A DNA stretch of 64,000 nucleotides, taken from an uncultured virus (IMG/VR IMGVR_UViG_3300032331_003338) (taxonomy: Duplodnaviria; Heunggongvirae; Uroviricota; Caudoviricetes). The notes below the pieces were generated by a model. The model saw only the letters and a program-made list of their open reading frames with translations, did no database searches and had not been told where the DNA came from. Each line of letters starts with the position of its first letter. Within the stretch, counting starts at the first letter, position 1. Position numbers and translations under genes: made by a program. Shown one piece after another: positions 32,829 through 42,834 of this stretch. Location of the stretch: the IMG/VR virus record IMGVR_UViG_3300032331_003338; one strand, written 5' to 3'.

Positions 32829-33872
32829 CTACGCGTATGTTAGGTACGAAATATCAGACCCTGCGTTACTATAGCATACAATGCTATTGCTATCCATATA
32901 CATCTTCCTGTTACTTGCAACTGATGGGGTTGTAGTTGCAGAAGCCCAGGTTGCGCCATGGTCAGTGCTATACACAGTTGTGTTTCCACCAGATGCATAG
33001 CATACACCGTTATAAGTCGGTGAGGCAGCAAGACCGCGCTTCGTTCCTGGGAATGGGGACGGAGTTGAGTATGTAATTGAATTACCAGTTGTGCCACTAA
33101 ACGATGCGGCTGGCGCTCGACCAAACTGGTTATCACCTAGGTAGAGCCAATGGGTGCCAGTATACGCAAGACCTCGACAGTCGCCTCCAGTTACGGTTTG
33201 CAGCGTATACGATGTCGTGTCGTTTGCGGCAGAGAAGTACGTAGCGCCAGCACCGTTTCCGCCAATTACCATGATCAGTCGCTTGTCAGAGCCAGTTCCT
33301 GTTCCGCCCCACGCGATACCCTGAACAGCGCCGTTAGTTTGAGGGCTGAAAGTGGCATCTGTGTATGTTCCGCCAATGGTTGTTGCTGTGCGAATATAGA
33401 TTCCAGTTGTTACATGCCCACCAACTGCAACAAACGGTCGAGCAGCGCCATCGCAGTAAACAAGCATCGTTGCACCGTTTGCATTAGCACCACCGCCAGC
33501 ATCAATTTCTGACCGTGTACCAAAAGGCGTTCCGTCAGTGGTATATGTAAATTTGCCATTGGTGTCGTTTCCATAAACCCAGTATTTGTTTGAACCAGTG
33601 TCTATGTAACTGATGCCCCTTGCTGCGCCGTTGGTATTTACGCCAGTAATAGTTGACCACGTTCCGCCTGAGAGCGAGGTCGTATATGAGACAGTACTGG
33701 AGCTAGCGGCTCCACCATATTCTGCAAAGTATCCATTGCCAGAAGCAAATCCAGCAGGAACTGTTGCAGATTTTGTTGCAGTCCCAGCGGCTGGCTGACT
33801 AAACGGAGCAATAAGCGTTGAATAGTCTGCCACATCAGCGCGACCAGAGGAAGTTGTTCCCAGAATCCTCAT
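32829..33872 (-). CDS. G/S/T-rich beta-propeller-like virion protein
   Basis: BNR/Asp-box-like YSTDHGATW; start MRILG by ATGA overlap. Confidence 0.65.
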   Translation of the reverse strand: MRILGTTSSGRADVADYSTLIAPFSQPAAGTATKSATVPAGFASGNGYFAEYGGAASSSTVSYTTSLSGGTWSTITGVNTNGAARGISYIDTGSNKYWVYGNDTNGKFTYTTDGTPFGTRSEIDAGGGANANGATMLVYCDGAARPFVAVGGHVTTGIYIRTATTIGGTYTDATFSPQTNGAVQGIAWGGTGTGSDKRLIMVIGGNGAGATYFSAANDTTSYTLQTVTGGDCRGLAYTGTHWLYLGDNQFGRAPAASFSGTTGNSITYSTPSPFPGTKRGLAASPTYNGVCYASGGNTTVYSTDHGATWASATTTPSVASNRKMYMDSNSIVCYSNAGSDISYLTYA

Positions 33873-34432
33873 GACAAGTCTCCTACGACTACCCACTCAT
33901 CCGTTGCAATCTTAATGCATGTAGCCGTAGAGTATTGTGCTCGTAACGTTGCTCCTGGGGTTGCCCTTACAGTTGTTGTCCCGGATGTCACTGCAGCAAC
34001 AGTGAGGGCACCAGCTCCATACCGCATAATGTTGATCTGCGTGCCAACCGCAAATGCTTGTGAGGCATTTGTTGGGATTTGAGCAACTAGCGCACTAGCA
34101 CTTGAAAAGATAAAAAAGTCGCTTTCATCTCCAATTGCAAACGTGTAGTTTGCAGTCTTTGGTGCTGCTACTGTGCTTCCAAGAACAAGGGTTGGGTCAC
34201 CCGCTGGGCCAGTAGCCCCAGTGGCCCCAGTGGCCCCAGTTGCGCCGGTAGCGCCAGTAGCGCCAGTAGCGCCAGTAGACCCTATGACTTCGTCATCAGA
34301 ATCAATCCAGATATCTCCATCTACCGTAGTAGATGGAGCAGTCGTCTGGTAAAACACTGTGTTTGTGCGTGGCGGCGGGGCAGATACCTCTACCCACGCA
34401 GATCCGCTCCAAATGTACCCCTTCTTACCCAC
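33869..34432 (-). CDS. Collagen-like fibre protein
   Basis: GST(GAT)7GPAG triple-helix repeat; C-terminal LRAQYS.AT.IK..TDEW.V.GDL. Confidence 0.8.
   Translation of the reverse strand: MGKKGYIWSGSAWVEVSAPPPRTNTVFYQTTAPSTTVDGDIWIDSDDEVIGSTGATGATGATGATGATGATGATGPAGDPTLVLGSTVAAPKTANYTFAIGDESDFFIFSSASALVAQIPTNASQAFAVGTQINIMRYGAGALTVAAVTSGTTTVRATPGATLRAQYSTATCIKIATDEWVVVGDLS
34209..34282 (-). repeat. 9-bp tandem repeat encoding Gly-Ala-Thr
   Basis: Units of ccagt(a/g)gc(g/c) on the + strand. Confidence 0.85.
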
Positions 34433-34659
34433 TAGGCACCCCCTACTAGCGCACTAATCTCTTCTTCTGTGAGACCAAGCGCAGCCAGTTTAGCATTGGC
34501 AGAAGCCTTTGCTGCAGCCCTGGCATCATCTGCCTCTTTCCGTACCTGCTCAACGGCTGCATCTTCTGCCTGCTGGGCGGCAACCTGCGCAAGTTCCGAT
34601 TGGCTAAGGGCAACAACTTGCTCTTCTGCGGTTTCCACGTTAACTAAAATTTTATTCAT
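34432..34659 (-). CDS. Small Ala-rich protein, possible fibre assembly factor
   Basis: Ends KASANAKLAALGLTEEEISALVGGA. Confidence 0.7.
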   Translation of the reverse strand: MNKILVNVETAEEQVVALSQSELAQVAAQQAEDAAVEQVRKEADDARAAAKASANAKLAALGLTEEEISALVGGA

Positions 34660-37520
34660 TAATAACCCCCATAAAGAATTACTTGACCAGTTGTGGCAGA
34701 CCCAAAATTAAGGGTAAACCCGTTGATGCCAGCGTCTGTTCCCGTTGCCTTCTGGATTACTCCAGCAAAGTTCACAAACGCCCAGTTTGTTGAACCTGAT
34801 GTCACGTATGCTGCTGATGTCCCGTTTACAATCTTTGATCCCGCAGTGGCAGAAGTGTAGTTATCAATCCTCAGCCACATACCGCTAACATCGCTAGAGC
34901 CCACTCCTGATAACTGGTTCCCTGAGCCAGTTGCCCCAAATGTAGACACGGCGCTGCCCCTAACACGAGAGTACGCTCCCGCTGTTGTACCAGTGTTTCC
35001 AGTGAGAACATATGAGTTGCCAAACGTTCCAGCGCCAGTAGTGTCAGTGAAGGCGGATATCCAGGCGCCACCACCTGCTGTGGCTGCATATGTTAGATAG
35101 AGGTATTTATATTTCTGAGGGATAGAAGAATACACAACGCTTGTAGTTGCAGACAGGGAGGTAGAGGTTAAGATATCTGATCCCACTGGATTTGCCCACG
35201 ATGGTGCGGCACTCGTTGTCGCGGTAAGCACTTGCCCCGTGGTTCCGTTGGCGATGCGTCCAAGAGCCGTAGCGCTTGTGGCATACGGGATATCATAAGC
35301 GGCCTGAGACGAAACGGTTGCTACCGTTCCTGTGAGCGTAGACAACGTCTGATATGCGGGGGCTGATGCGCCTGCCGTCAGGATACTGTTTGTTGAGCCA
35401 ACAAGTCCAAGTCGAGTGACTGCCGCTGATCCCGTGGCGTAGATAATATCCCCAGCAGTTGTGACGGTAGACTTTGGGACTGCTGCATCAGCAGTGGTCT
35501 GGGCAGTTGCAGCGTTAGTAACCCCCAAAGATCCCCGCTCATACGCTTGCCTCACGCTATTTGGCGTGGCGGCAGTGATCGTACTGGTGCTTGAAACTGA
35601 ATCTGTAAGCACCATGTCGCCAATAGAATCTTCGTCCGTGCTGTAAAAGATGTCCCCAGCGTTAGGTGATGGCACGGCGGTTGCGCGATTTGCAATTGCG
35701 TCATAGGTGACCTTAGCCTTGCCAGTCACTGCAGCGGGGATTCCGCCAGTAGTGTTAGCAAGTTTTGCAGCATCAAGCGTGCTGGCGGAGGTAAGCAGCG
35801 TTCCAGATGTTGGCAACGTGACGTTTGTTGCCGCAGTTGAGGTAAGGGTAATGCTGTTTCCGCCAGACGTTGCCAGTGTGCTGCCATCAGCAAGTGTAAG
35901 TGTTGCATTAGTTGCTGGGGCCGTGATTGCTACTTTGTTAACAGAAGCAAATGTAACTGCGCTGCTGGTGGCAACCGCTTGACCAATTGACACACTACTT
36001 GCATCAACACTGACTCCAGTACCAGCACCAACTGCAAGGACATTCCCAGAACGTGTAAGGCCAGCGCCAGCTGTCACATCTGAAATACCAGAGAACTGCA
36101 CCCAGTTAAGGCTATCTGTGCCAAGTTTGATGACGCCCTGAGTTGCGGTTCCAGCGGAGTTCATCACCCAACCCTGACCGCCGTTTGCTGTTCCACCAGA
36201 TACATACACAAAGTCGCCAGCAACAACTGCACCCTTAACGCTATTGTCTGAGTCTGTTGCCCGGGTCAATACGAATGGTGTGCCAGCCGTGCCAAGAGTT
36301 GTGACCGTGTAGATGCCGTTTTGCAGCTGGGTTGTCTGATCCTTAAGGAGCACTCGATCATTAAGCGCTGGAGAAATCCCGTCTAGGGAAATGGCTCCGT
36401 TAGCTGTTGCGGTGAATGTTGCGCCAATACCAGTCCCCTGGCTTTTGTCAGATGTTCCGTTTGCGTATGTCCCAGAGATATTTCCGGTTGATGCCGCAAC
36501 AACTTGACCGTGGGTATTGATGCCACCCGTGACATTGTCAACGTATTGCTTTGTGGCTGCCTCCAGCGGGTTTCCTGGGTCTGCGCTAAGCGTAATCGTT
36601 GAGGCAGAGAAGTTTCCGCTGGCGTCCCGGGCAACAATGGCGCTTGCAGTATTTGTAGATACCGCAGTGGTGGCAGAGTTTGAAACCTTTCCAGCCGTGC
36701 TAATTGTTGCAAGCTTTGTGTCGGCAATTGCGGCAACGGAATTGATGTCGGCGTTGACGATGGTGTCGTTGGCAATCATCGTGCTTGTTACGCTCCCTGT
36801 ATCACCAGTCGTAACAAGGGTTGCAGAGGATGGAATTGTGGTGCTGTTGATAGATGTGGCAGTCGCTGCGCCAATTGATGGAGTTGTAAGCACTGGGCTG
36901 GTAAGGGTTTTGTTTGTAAGAGTGCTTGTGCTTGATGCGGTGATATATCCGTCAGTGTTCAGTTTTGTTTCTACCGCAGCAATGTCTAACTCAATTTCTT
37001 TGTTGTACCCATTGGTATCTTTAACGTCAAGGTATGCGGATGTCCCAATAAGTCCGTAAGAATTTCCACTTGCGCCCTCAAGCAGATAGTTGCTAAGCTG
37101 TGCGTTGTTTACACCAATTGTTGCGGTTGATCCTTCGCCTGGCGTGTGAGAAACGGAAAGTCCATTTTGGACAGAAACGTCAACCATATAGTTGCCGGTA
37201 GTATCTGTTCCAAGAGCAACGGAGTTTGCCGCGATTGAGGCGACACCAGATCCGTTAATGGTTATGTCTCCTGATATGTAGGAAGTATCAAGAGAAAGCG
37301 TCGCGGACCCAGATGTGGCACCGCCGGTAAGCCCTGCGCCAGCAACCACAGCGGTGATATCGCCTGATCCGCCACCGCTAGCACCAAGGTCAACCCACGC
37401 ACCGTTTACTCGTGCGTATACGATGTGATCCGTGGTGTTGTAGTAGATATCCCCATTCGTCGGGGACGACGGGGCGCTGGCGTAATTCGGTAGATTTGTC
37501 TTATTGAGTAGCTTAGGCAC
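34659..37520 (-). CDS. Long fibre/decoration protein (953 aa)
   Basis: AATKQYVD, DRVLLKDQT..QNGIY, RATDSD and fibre repeat LTDS.SSTS...AATPNSV motifs; GGAGG SD. Confidence 0.8.
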   Translation of the reverse strand: MPKLLNKTNLPNYASAPSSPTNGDIYYNTTDHIVYARVNGAWVDLGASGGGSGDITAVVAGAGLTGGATSGSATLSLDTSYISGDITINGSGVASIAANSVALGTDTTGNYMVDVSVQNGLSVSHTPGEGSTATIGVNNAQLSNYLLEGASGNSYGLIGTSAYLDVKDTNGYNKEIELDIAAVETKLNTDGYITASSTSTLTNKTLTSPVLTTPSIGAATATSINSTTIPSSATLVTTGDTGSVTSTMIANDTIVNADINSVAAIADTKLATISTAGKVSNSATTAVSTNTASAIVARDASGNFSASTITLSADPGNPLEAATKQYVDNVTGGINTHGQVVAASTGNISGTYANGTSDKSQGTGIGATFTATANGAISLDGISPALNDRVLLKDQTTQLQNGIYTVTTLGTAGTPFVLTRATDSDNSVKGAVVAGDFVYVSGGTANGGQGWVMNSAGTATQGVIKLGTDSLNWVQFSGISDVTAGAGLTRSGNVLAVGAGTGVSVDASSVSIGQAVATSSAVTFASVNKVAITAPATNATLTLADGSTLATSGGNSITLTSTAATNVTLPTSGTLLTSASTLDAAKLANTTGGIPAAVTGKAKVTYDAIANRATAVPSPNAGDIFYSTDEDSIGDMVLTDSVSSTSTITAATPNSVRQAYERGSLGVTNAATAQTTADAAVPKSTVTTAGDIIYATGSAAVTRLGLVGSTNSILTAGASAPAYQTLSTLTGTVATVSSQAAYDIPYATSATALGRIANGTTGQVLTATTSAAPSWANPVGSDILTSTSLSATTSVVYSSIPQKYKYLYLTYAATAGGGAWISAFTDTTGAGTFGNSYVLTGNTGTTAGAYSRVRGSAVSTFGATGSGNQLSGVGSSDVSGMWLRIDNYTSATAGSKIVNGTSAAYVTSGSTNWAFVNFAGVIQKATGTDAGINGFTLNFGSATTGQVILYGGY

Positions 37521-37540
37521 GGGTTACCTCCATGGGGAGT

Positions 37541-39307
37541 TTACCCGATTATAACAACCCTGTACTGGTTGGTTGTAGGCGCAGCAGAGAACACGAAGTC
37601 AGTCGTGTCCACGGTTGCATGAACGATGTCAGGGTAGACCTTCTGGTACGGGCTGGCGACCTCATACGCCTCAACGGCAACATCCAACGTATTAAAGTTG
37701 TGGGTTACCGTAATGGTTGTCGCGGAGTTATCCCCGATAGTTGCCGCGTACTTTCGCGTGCCGCCAAGGGCCGCAAGGGCTGCTGCTGCCGTCGTCTGGC
37801 CTGTACCACCGTTTGCGAGTGCAAGGGTACCGGTGACAGCGGATGCAGAGCTGACGTCAACTGCGCCGAACGCAGGTGCGCCACCGCCGCTTGGGACACG
37901 AAGAACCTGATTTGCTGTTCCTGCAGTTGTTGCAGCGAGTGCACCAGTACCTGCTCCAATGATAACGCCGTTGCTTGTGAGTGTCGTGGCGCCAGTACCG
38001 CCATTTGCGACTGGGAGCGTGCCGCTTACTTCAGTTGTAAGCGAAACGGTGCTTCCCGTTGTAAGAGCATCAGTTCCGCCAGTTGACTTAACGATACCAG
38101 CGGTAAACGTTGCTGCACCAGTACCGCCACGCGCAACACCGAGGGTGCCGCTTGTGAGCTTATCAGTGCTGTGGCTTGGGATGTCCGAAGCGACAAGCGC
38201 TCGGAACGAAGGGGCCGATGGCCCACCAGTTGCCGGACCAGCGAATACGGTGTTGTCAGACGCAGTTGTTGCTCCAGTACCACCCTTAGCAACTGGAAGT
38301 GTTCCAGTTACGGTCGTTGTGCTGAGGTCAACCGCGCTGGTTGCAAGCTTTGCCGAAGTAATCCCAGCGTCCTTGACGCGAAGGGTGTCTGTTGCGATCT
38401 CAATGGTTGAGCCGTCAACGTTGACAGAGAGGTCAGTTCCCGTGAGGGTAAGTCCATCTCCGCCAGTGACGGTTGCTGCGCCAGAAAACTGGCTGAAGAC
38501 AAGTGCAGTAGTTCCAAGCGTAATTGGGTTGTCGGTAGTGAGAACCCAGCCAGTGTTTCCGTTGGCGGTTCCCTCTTCAACGAAGGTGAAGAGCCCTGCG
38601 GTTACCTCGGCGCTTGCATCGGCATCGCTTGCACGAACTGCAGCACCAGAAGACTGGACAACGTAGATACCGTTTTCGGAACCAGTTGACTGATTCTTAA
38701 CAAGGACGCGGTTGCCAGTGGCAAGCGTAATCCCGTCAATTGCGTCGCCATTTTCAAGGGCGGTGGCCAAAGCAACGTTTGCAGTCGTGGCGACTCGTAC
38801 GGACGCCTTAACGTCAAGGCCAGATGCTACCCCGTCAACGTACGCCTTGGTTGCTGCGTCCGTTGCGTTAGTGACAGATCCCGAGATGCTTACGCTGGTT
38901 GCACTAACGGTTCCGGCGGTGAAGTTGCCAGAAGCATCGCGCTTAACAATCGTGCTTGCGGTGTTGGCATCAGTTGCGTTATTAACAAGCGTGTAGTGGG
39001 CGGCGGACATTGAACCAGCTGCGGCGCCGCTTGCGGCGGAAATAGAAATGGTGACGGTTCCACCAGAAGTTGACTTCTGAATAGGACCAGTGACGTCAAT
39101 GCCGTCAATCGAGCCAACGGCCTCCCATACGGAGCCGTTATAGACAAGGAGGCCAACGGCCCCATCGTTAGAGTCTGAGTTGTAGTAGATTTGACCGGTA
39201 GTAGGACTTGCAGGTGGGGTCGCAAGAACCTGAATGACAGCATTGCGTAGCTCATTCTTATTGAGGTCTAGGTAGCTTCTTAGGTCTAGATGCGTCAGTA
39301 TCTTCAC
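37541..39307 (-). CDS. Fibre/decoration protein (588 aa) sharing domains with 34659-37520
   Basis: AATKAYVD, NRVLVKNQS..ENGIY, and four L.(V/L)A.GGTG repeats. Confidence 0.8.
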   Translation of the reverse strand: MKILTHLDLRSYLDLNKNELRNAVIQVLATPPASPTTGQIYYNSDSNDGAVGLLVYNGSVWEAVGSIDGIDVTGPIQKSTSGGTVTISISAASGAAAGSMSAAHYTLVNNATDANTASTIVKRDASGNFTAGTVSATSVSISGSVTNATDAATKAYVDGVASGLDVKASVRVATTANVALATALENGDAIDGITLATGNRVLVKNQSTGSENGIYVVQSSGAAVRASDADASAEVTAGLFTFVEEGTANGNTGWVLTTDNPITLGTTALVFSQFSGAATVTGGDGLTLTGTDLSVNVDGSTIEIATDTLRVKDAGITSAKLATSAVDLSTTTVTGTLPVAKGGTGATTASDNTVFAGPATGGPSAPSFRALVASDIPSHSTDKLTSGTLGVARGGTGAATFTAGIVKSTGGTDALTTGSTVSLTTEVSGTLPVANGGTGATTLTSNGVIIGAGTGALAATTAGTANQVLRVPSGGGAPAFGAVDVSSASAVTGTLALANGGTGQTTAAAALAALGGTRKYAATIGDNSATTITVTHNFNTLDVAVEAYEVASPYQKVYPDIVHATVDTTDFVFSAAPTTNQYRVVIIG

Positions 39308-39317
39308 GATGTACTCC

Positions 39318-39611
39318 TCAATTCAGGTATGCGTAACCGCCAAATGCGCTTACGAATGACACTGTAATAGCGTTATCGGAGACATACAATACCTCTCCGA
39401 TCTGGACATTCCCCCCGCTGTCTACAATTGTTACAGCTGGACGGCAGTTAAGGTTGTGGACAATGCTCCAAGTGCTTGATGGGCTAGCTTGATTGTGGGT
39501 ATACGTTGCGTGGGCGCTATCTGGCGAAAATCCAGCTGCAATGCTGGCCACATTGCTGCTTGTGCTAACTGAAACTTGGCTTACGCTCTCCGTTACGGTT
39601 ATTTCGCTCAC
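39318..39611 (-). CDS. Small virion structural protein
   Basis: YTHNQ..SSTW.I.HNL...P.V..D..G motif typical of small decoration/fibre partner proteins. Confidence 0.65.
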   Translation of the reverse strand: MSEITVTESVSQVSVSTSSNVASIAAGFSPDSAHATYTHNQASPSSTWSIVHNLNCRPAVTIVDSGGNVQIGEVLYVSDNAITVSFVSAFGGYAYLN

Positions 39612-39955
39612 CTTGTCACCTCGCCGGTGATCTCAAACTTCCCAGAAAGAATCTTTTTGACAACTCCGCCGGACTCGATAATTTCCAGGTCGTAAACATA
39701 GCTTCCGGCTGGAATACGTGCCATTGCAGAAGCAGAAATGCTTATGACAATTGTGCCCGCCGCACCGCCAAGGGCCAATCCGCCGCTTTGGGTCAGCGTC
39801 AGGTAAGCGCTATCCGATGAATACGTTCTACGAACCTGCATCCTGGCGGAGTACCCGGTCAAGTTGACCAAGACTGAGTTGGAATTGCGGTACGTAACGG
39901 TAGTCAAATAGTCGCTGCCCTGCTCCGCGGTGATGTCATAGATGGAAAGTGCCAT
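39608..39955 (-). CDS. Virion adaptor protein, Ig-like/BppU N-terminal-like
   Basis: EQGSD...NLTGYSARMQVR...YVYDLEI...IL.G.F...EVTR. Confidence 0.7.
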   Translation of the reverse strand: MALSIYDITAEQGSDYLTTVTYRNSNSVLVNLTGYSARMQVRRTYSSDSAYLTLTQSGGLALGGAAGTIVISISASAMARIPAGSYVYDLEIIESGGVVKKILSGKFEITGEVTR

Positions 39956-39961
39956 GCCCGA

Positions 39962-39990
39962 ATACTAGGGCAAATACGGTTAATAGGCAA
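39962..39990 (-). promoter_or_regulatory. Promoter for the minus-strand structural arm (apparently leaderless)
   Basis: TTGCCT-17-TAGTAT, 6 nt before ATG 39955, no SD. Confidence 0.6.
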
Positions 39991-40002
39991 CGATTTTAAG
40001 TT

Positions 40003-40344
40003 CTACCCGCCAAGTGTCTTCTTCAGCTCATTAAGGCTTCTGGCAGCCTTCTCAAACGCTATAACTTGCTGCTCAATGGCGTCCACGAGGTTCTTGCTCA
40101 GGGCGGCGACCTGAATCATTGCCGTGGCCTCCTCGTACTCGATCTGAGTAAGCCGGTTTTTGATCTTGGTATATGCCTTGCTTCTCATCGGAACCCCAGA
40201 TGAGGCGTAGCACCTCATGGTTTCTGATGTTAACCCGTATGTCTGGGCAGCTGCGGCGCAGGCGTCCTTGATAGACCGGTACTTGGGGAAATCTTTTGCC
40301 AGGAGCCTTTGCAGGTCCCCTCCGTCGATTGGGTCTCTTGACAT
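40003..40344 (-). CDS. Putative HTH DNA-binding protein
   Basis: AAQTYGLTSETMRCY HTH-like segment; GAGG SD before ATG 40344. Confidence 0.55.
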   Translation of the reverse strand: MSRDPIDGGDLQRLLAKDFPKYRSIKDACAAAAQTYGLTSETMRCYASSGVPMRSKAYTKIKNRLTQIEYEEATAMIQVAALSKNLVDAIEQQVIAFEKAARSLNELKKTLGG

Positions 40345-40351
40345 AATAACC

Positions 40352-40540
40352 TCAATAGTAGTCGGAACATGATGCAAAATATCCGCATTCGCATCGAAGC
40401 TTACATTTTTCATCTTTCATTGTCTTGCCGCAATTAATGCAAGTTCTCACCATATCTTCGGGAGAGCCGGTGCAATCATAGCAAAGATTCCCATGCTGCT
40501 CATCCTGGCACACGGTTTCTTTTGCGTTATTGCTATCCAT
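40352..40540 (-). CDS. Small Cys-rich Zn-binding protein
   Basis: CINCG...CKLRCECGYFASCSDYY. Confidence 0.65.
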   Translation of the reverse strand: MDSNNAKETVCQDEQHGNLCYDCTGSPEDMVRTCINCGKTMKDEKCKLRCECGYFASCSDYY

Positions 40541-40609
40541 TGCATGTAATTATATCCTAAAACCTATCGCATTATATCTTGGCGCAAAATGATATGGTAT
40601 ATTGACGTC

Positions 40610-41125
40610 ATGGCTAAACGTGGTCGCGTAGGGGCTGAACAGCTTGCCTCTCTCCGAGAGAAGATTAAGGGTCTGCATCTTCAGGGTGTTCCGACACTAG
40701 AAATTGCATCTGCCGTTGACCTCTCCCCAGAGACAGTTCGTAAGCATATCTACGCAATTAGAAAGCAATGGTCCGAAGAAGGGCCCGACTCAGCCGCCAG
40801 CAGGCTAGAGTTGATTCAGCGCGCCAATCTTATTGCCAAGATGGCTGCCGGCGGTGCCGCCAGGGCCAGGGGAACTAAGGATGAGGCAACGTTCCTCAAG
40901 CTTCAGCTAGAGGTTATCGATAGGATCGCTAAGCTTACGGGGTCGTATGCAAGCGAGCGACAGCCCGGCGACACAAATGTTGCAATACAAATAAATAATA
41001 CCGTTCACGAAATAGACCAGCTTGCACCGGAGGATCTAGCGGCGAGGCTGCAAATGTGGGCCTCTGAGATAGAGGGAAAGGCAGTACTCCTTGAGTCAAG
41101 CTCAGACGGTCAACCAGAGATATAG
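40610..41125 (+). CDS. terS: Terminase small subunit (HTH)
   Basis: EIASAVDLSPETVRKHI HTH and DRIAKLTG; overlaps terL. Confidence 0.7.
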   Translation: MAKRGRVGAEQLASLREKIKGLHLQGVPTLEIASAVDLSPETVRKHIYAIRKQWSEEGPDSAASRLELIQRANLIAKMAAGGAARARGTKDEATFLKLQLEVIDRIAKLTGSYASERQPGDTNVAIQINNTVHEIDQLAPEDLAARLQMWASEIEGKAVLLESSSDGQPEI

Positions 41126-42518
41126 GGACTGGCTCCGCGTTAAGGCCGCAACATCCGACGCTGCTTTCGCAGAGTATATAAGCGGACTTGTCTTCCCTAA
41201 GCACCTGAGAGAGATGGAAGCGTTTCTTGACGAGAATGACCGAGCGCTTGTGTTGATGCCTCGAGGTCACGCTAAGACCACCCAGCTCATACACAGGGCC
41301 GCTCGAGTTATTGGTGCAACTCACGGAAAAGTTCGCATTGGCATTTTGACTTCGGTAATGTCTGACGCCCTTGCTCGATCACGAGCGATAAAGACAATCA
41401 TTGAGTCCCCGCATTTTGCTGAGGTGTTTCCATGGGCGAGGGAGGGCGTTATCGGATCTAAGTGGACCGATGAGGTCTGGACGGTAAAGGGAGCGAACCT
41501 TGGCAAGGACTCCACGTGCTTTGCAGATGGTCTCGGCTCCATTAAGCCTGGAGCACGTCTTGACGTTCTATTCGCAGACGACCTTGTGGGCATGAAGGAA
41601 AACGCTACGGCCGTTCAGCGACAGAAGGCCAGCGAAACATACTGGCAGGTTGTGGACCCAATGCTTGTCCCTGGGGCAAAGCGCTGGTATATCGGCACTC
41701 GATGGCACGAAGATGACTTTTACGCCGAGCTCATGAGGAAAGAGGTTTCTTTCTATCAGCGAAGGGCAGTTGAAGGCGAAAATGTTCTTTGGCCAGAAAT
41801 GTACACCATGGCCGACATGGAGCAAAAAAAGATGGAGCTTGGAGGACCAATCTTCATGCTTCAGTTCCAAAACGACGTTACTTCGATGGGTGGAAACATT
41901 TTCCGCTACGAGTATTTCCAACGGGTTGATAGAGTTCCGGAGGGCGCCAGGAGAATCGGTGTCGACCTTGCGTCTTCCGCAAGCGAGCGCAGCGACTATA
42001 CCGCTGCGGTTGAGGTCCTGGAGGACGATCAACACAACCTATACATTATTGGCTGCTGGAAGGCGCGGCTACAAGAGGGCCATAAGGCCTGGCTTACTGG
42101 GATCGATAACAATAATGAAATGGTGCAAGACGCAGGGCCAAGAATGATGTGGCCGCAACGACTGCTTGGCCTAAAGGGCCTAGATACGGAGCTAGACTCT
42201 CCACGATTCTTTGAGTCGGTGAACATTGAGGCAGTTCAGCACCAGAGCACGTTTGTGCGTGAAATTCTTTCTACTACCAGGCTTCCGGCTCGACCTATTC
42301 GCCCCGACAGGGATAAGGTCACCAGGTCTAGGGCCCTTTCGGCAAGGTATGAGGCCGGGAAAGTGTTCCACGTTAACGGAGCCCCAGGCATTGAGGACCT
42401 AGAGTCTAATATGCTGGCGTTCCCAAACGGGACCCATGACGACCTGGTTGACGCTCTTGTGTATGCTGCCGACCTTGGTGGCGACGGGTTTTATTTCACC
42501 TCGGCAAAGAGGTACTAG
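41091..42518 (+). CDS. terL: Terminase large subunit
   Basis: Walker A PRGHAKTT, Walker B VLFADD, IGTRWHEDD, nuclease GVDLASS...DYTA and FPNG.HDDLVDA. Confidence 0.93.
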   Translation: MSQAQTVNQRYRDWLRVKAATSDAAFAEYISGLVFPKHLREMEAFLDENDRALVLMPRGHAKTTQLIHRAARVIGATHGKVRIGILTSVMSDALARSRAIKTIIESPHFAEVFPWAREGVIGSKWTDEVWTVKGANLGKDSTCFADGLGSIKPGARLDVLFADDLVGMKENATAVQRQKASETYWQVVDPMLVPGAKRWYIGTRWHEDDFYAELMRKEVSFYQRRAVEGENVLWPEMYTMADMEQKKMELGGPIFMLQFQNDVTSMGGNIFRYEYFQRVDRVPEGARRIGVDLASSASERSDYTAAVEVLEDDQHNLYIIGCWKARLQEGHKAWLTGIDNNNEMVQDAGPRMMWPQRLLGLKGLDTELDSPRFFESVNIEAVQHQSTFVREILSTTRLPARPIRPDRDKVTRSRALSARYEAGKVFHVNGAPGIEDLESNMLAFPNGTHDDLVDALVYAADLGGDGFYFTSAKRY

Positions 42519-42832
42519 AACCCTTCTTCTATAATTGGCTGAGACTGAATCCTTACAAATACTGGCATTCCCGGCTCTATAAAAGCGCCCTCTACGTTGA
42601 ACGATATGTACTCGTCAGCTTCTGAGTAGAAGTTTTCTTCTTCCATCTCCGAGGTTCTGGAGCCAACCTCAACGTGGTCGTCACTCATTTGCTTTGCCAA
42701 TCGTTCAACCATTTTATTTCTATCGTAAATTGCAACAGTCTTTGGTCCATCGCTTCCATGAAAAATAGACCCGTGTCCTATAAGGCAATCGTCCCACCCA
42801 TCGGCATAAAGAACATCATCAAGCTTTTCCAT
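42515..42832 (-). CDS. Conserved phage hypothetical protein
   Basis: ADG.D...IG...IYD..KM...A.EY..FN..GA pattern. Confidence 0.7.
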   Translation of the reverse strand: MEKLDDVLYADGWDDCLIGHGSIFHGSDGPKTVAIYDRNKMVERLAKQMSDDHVEVGSRTSEMEEENFYSEADEYISFNVEGAFIEPGMPVFVRIQSQPIIEEGF

Positions 42833-42834
42833 TT

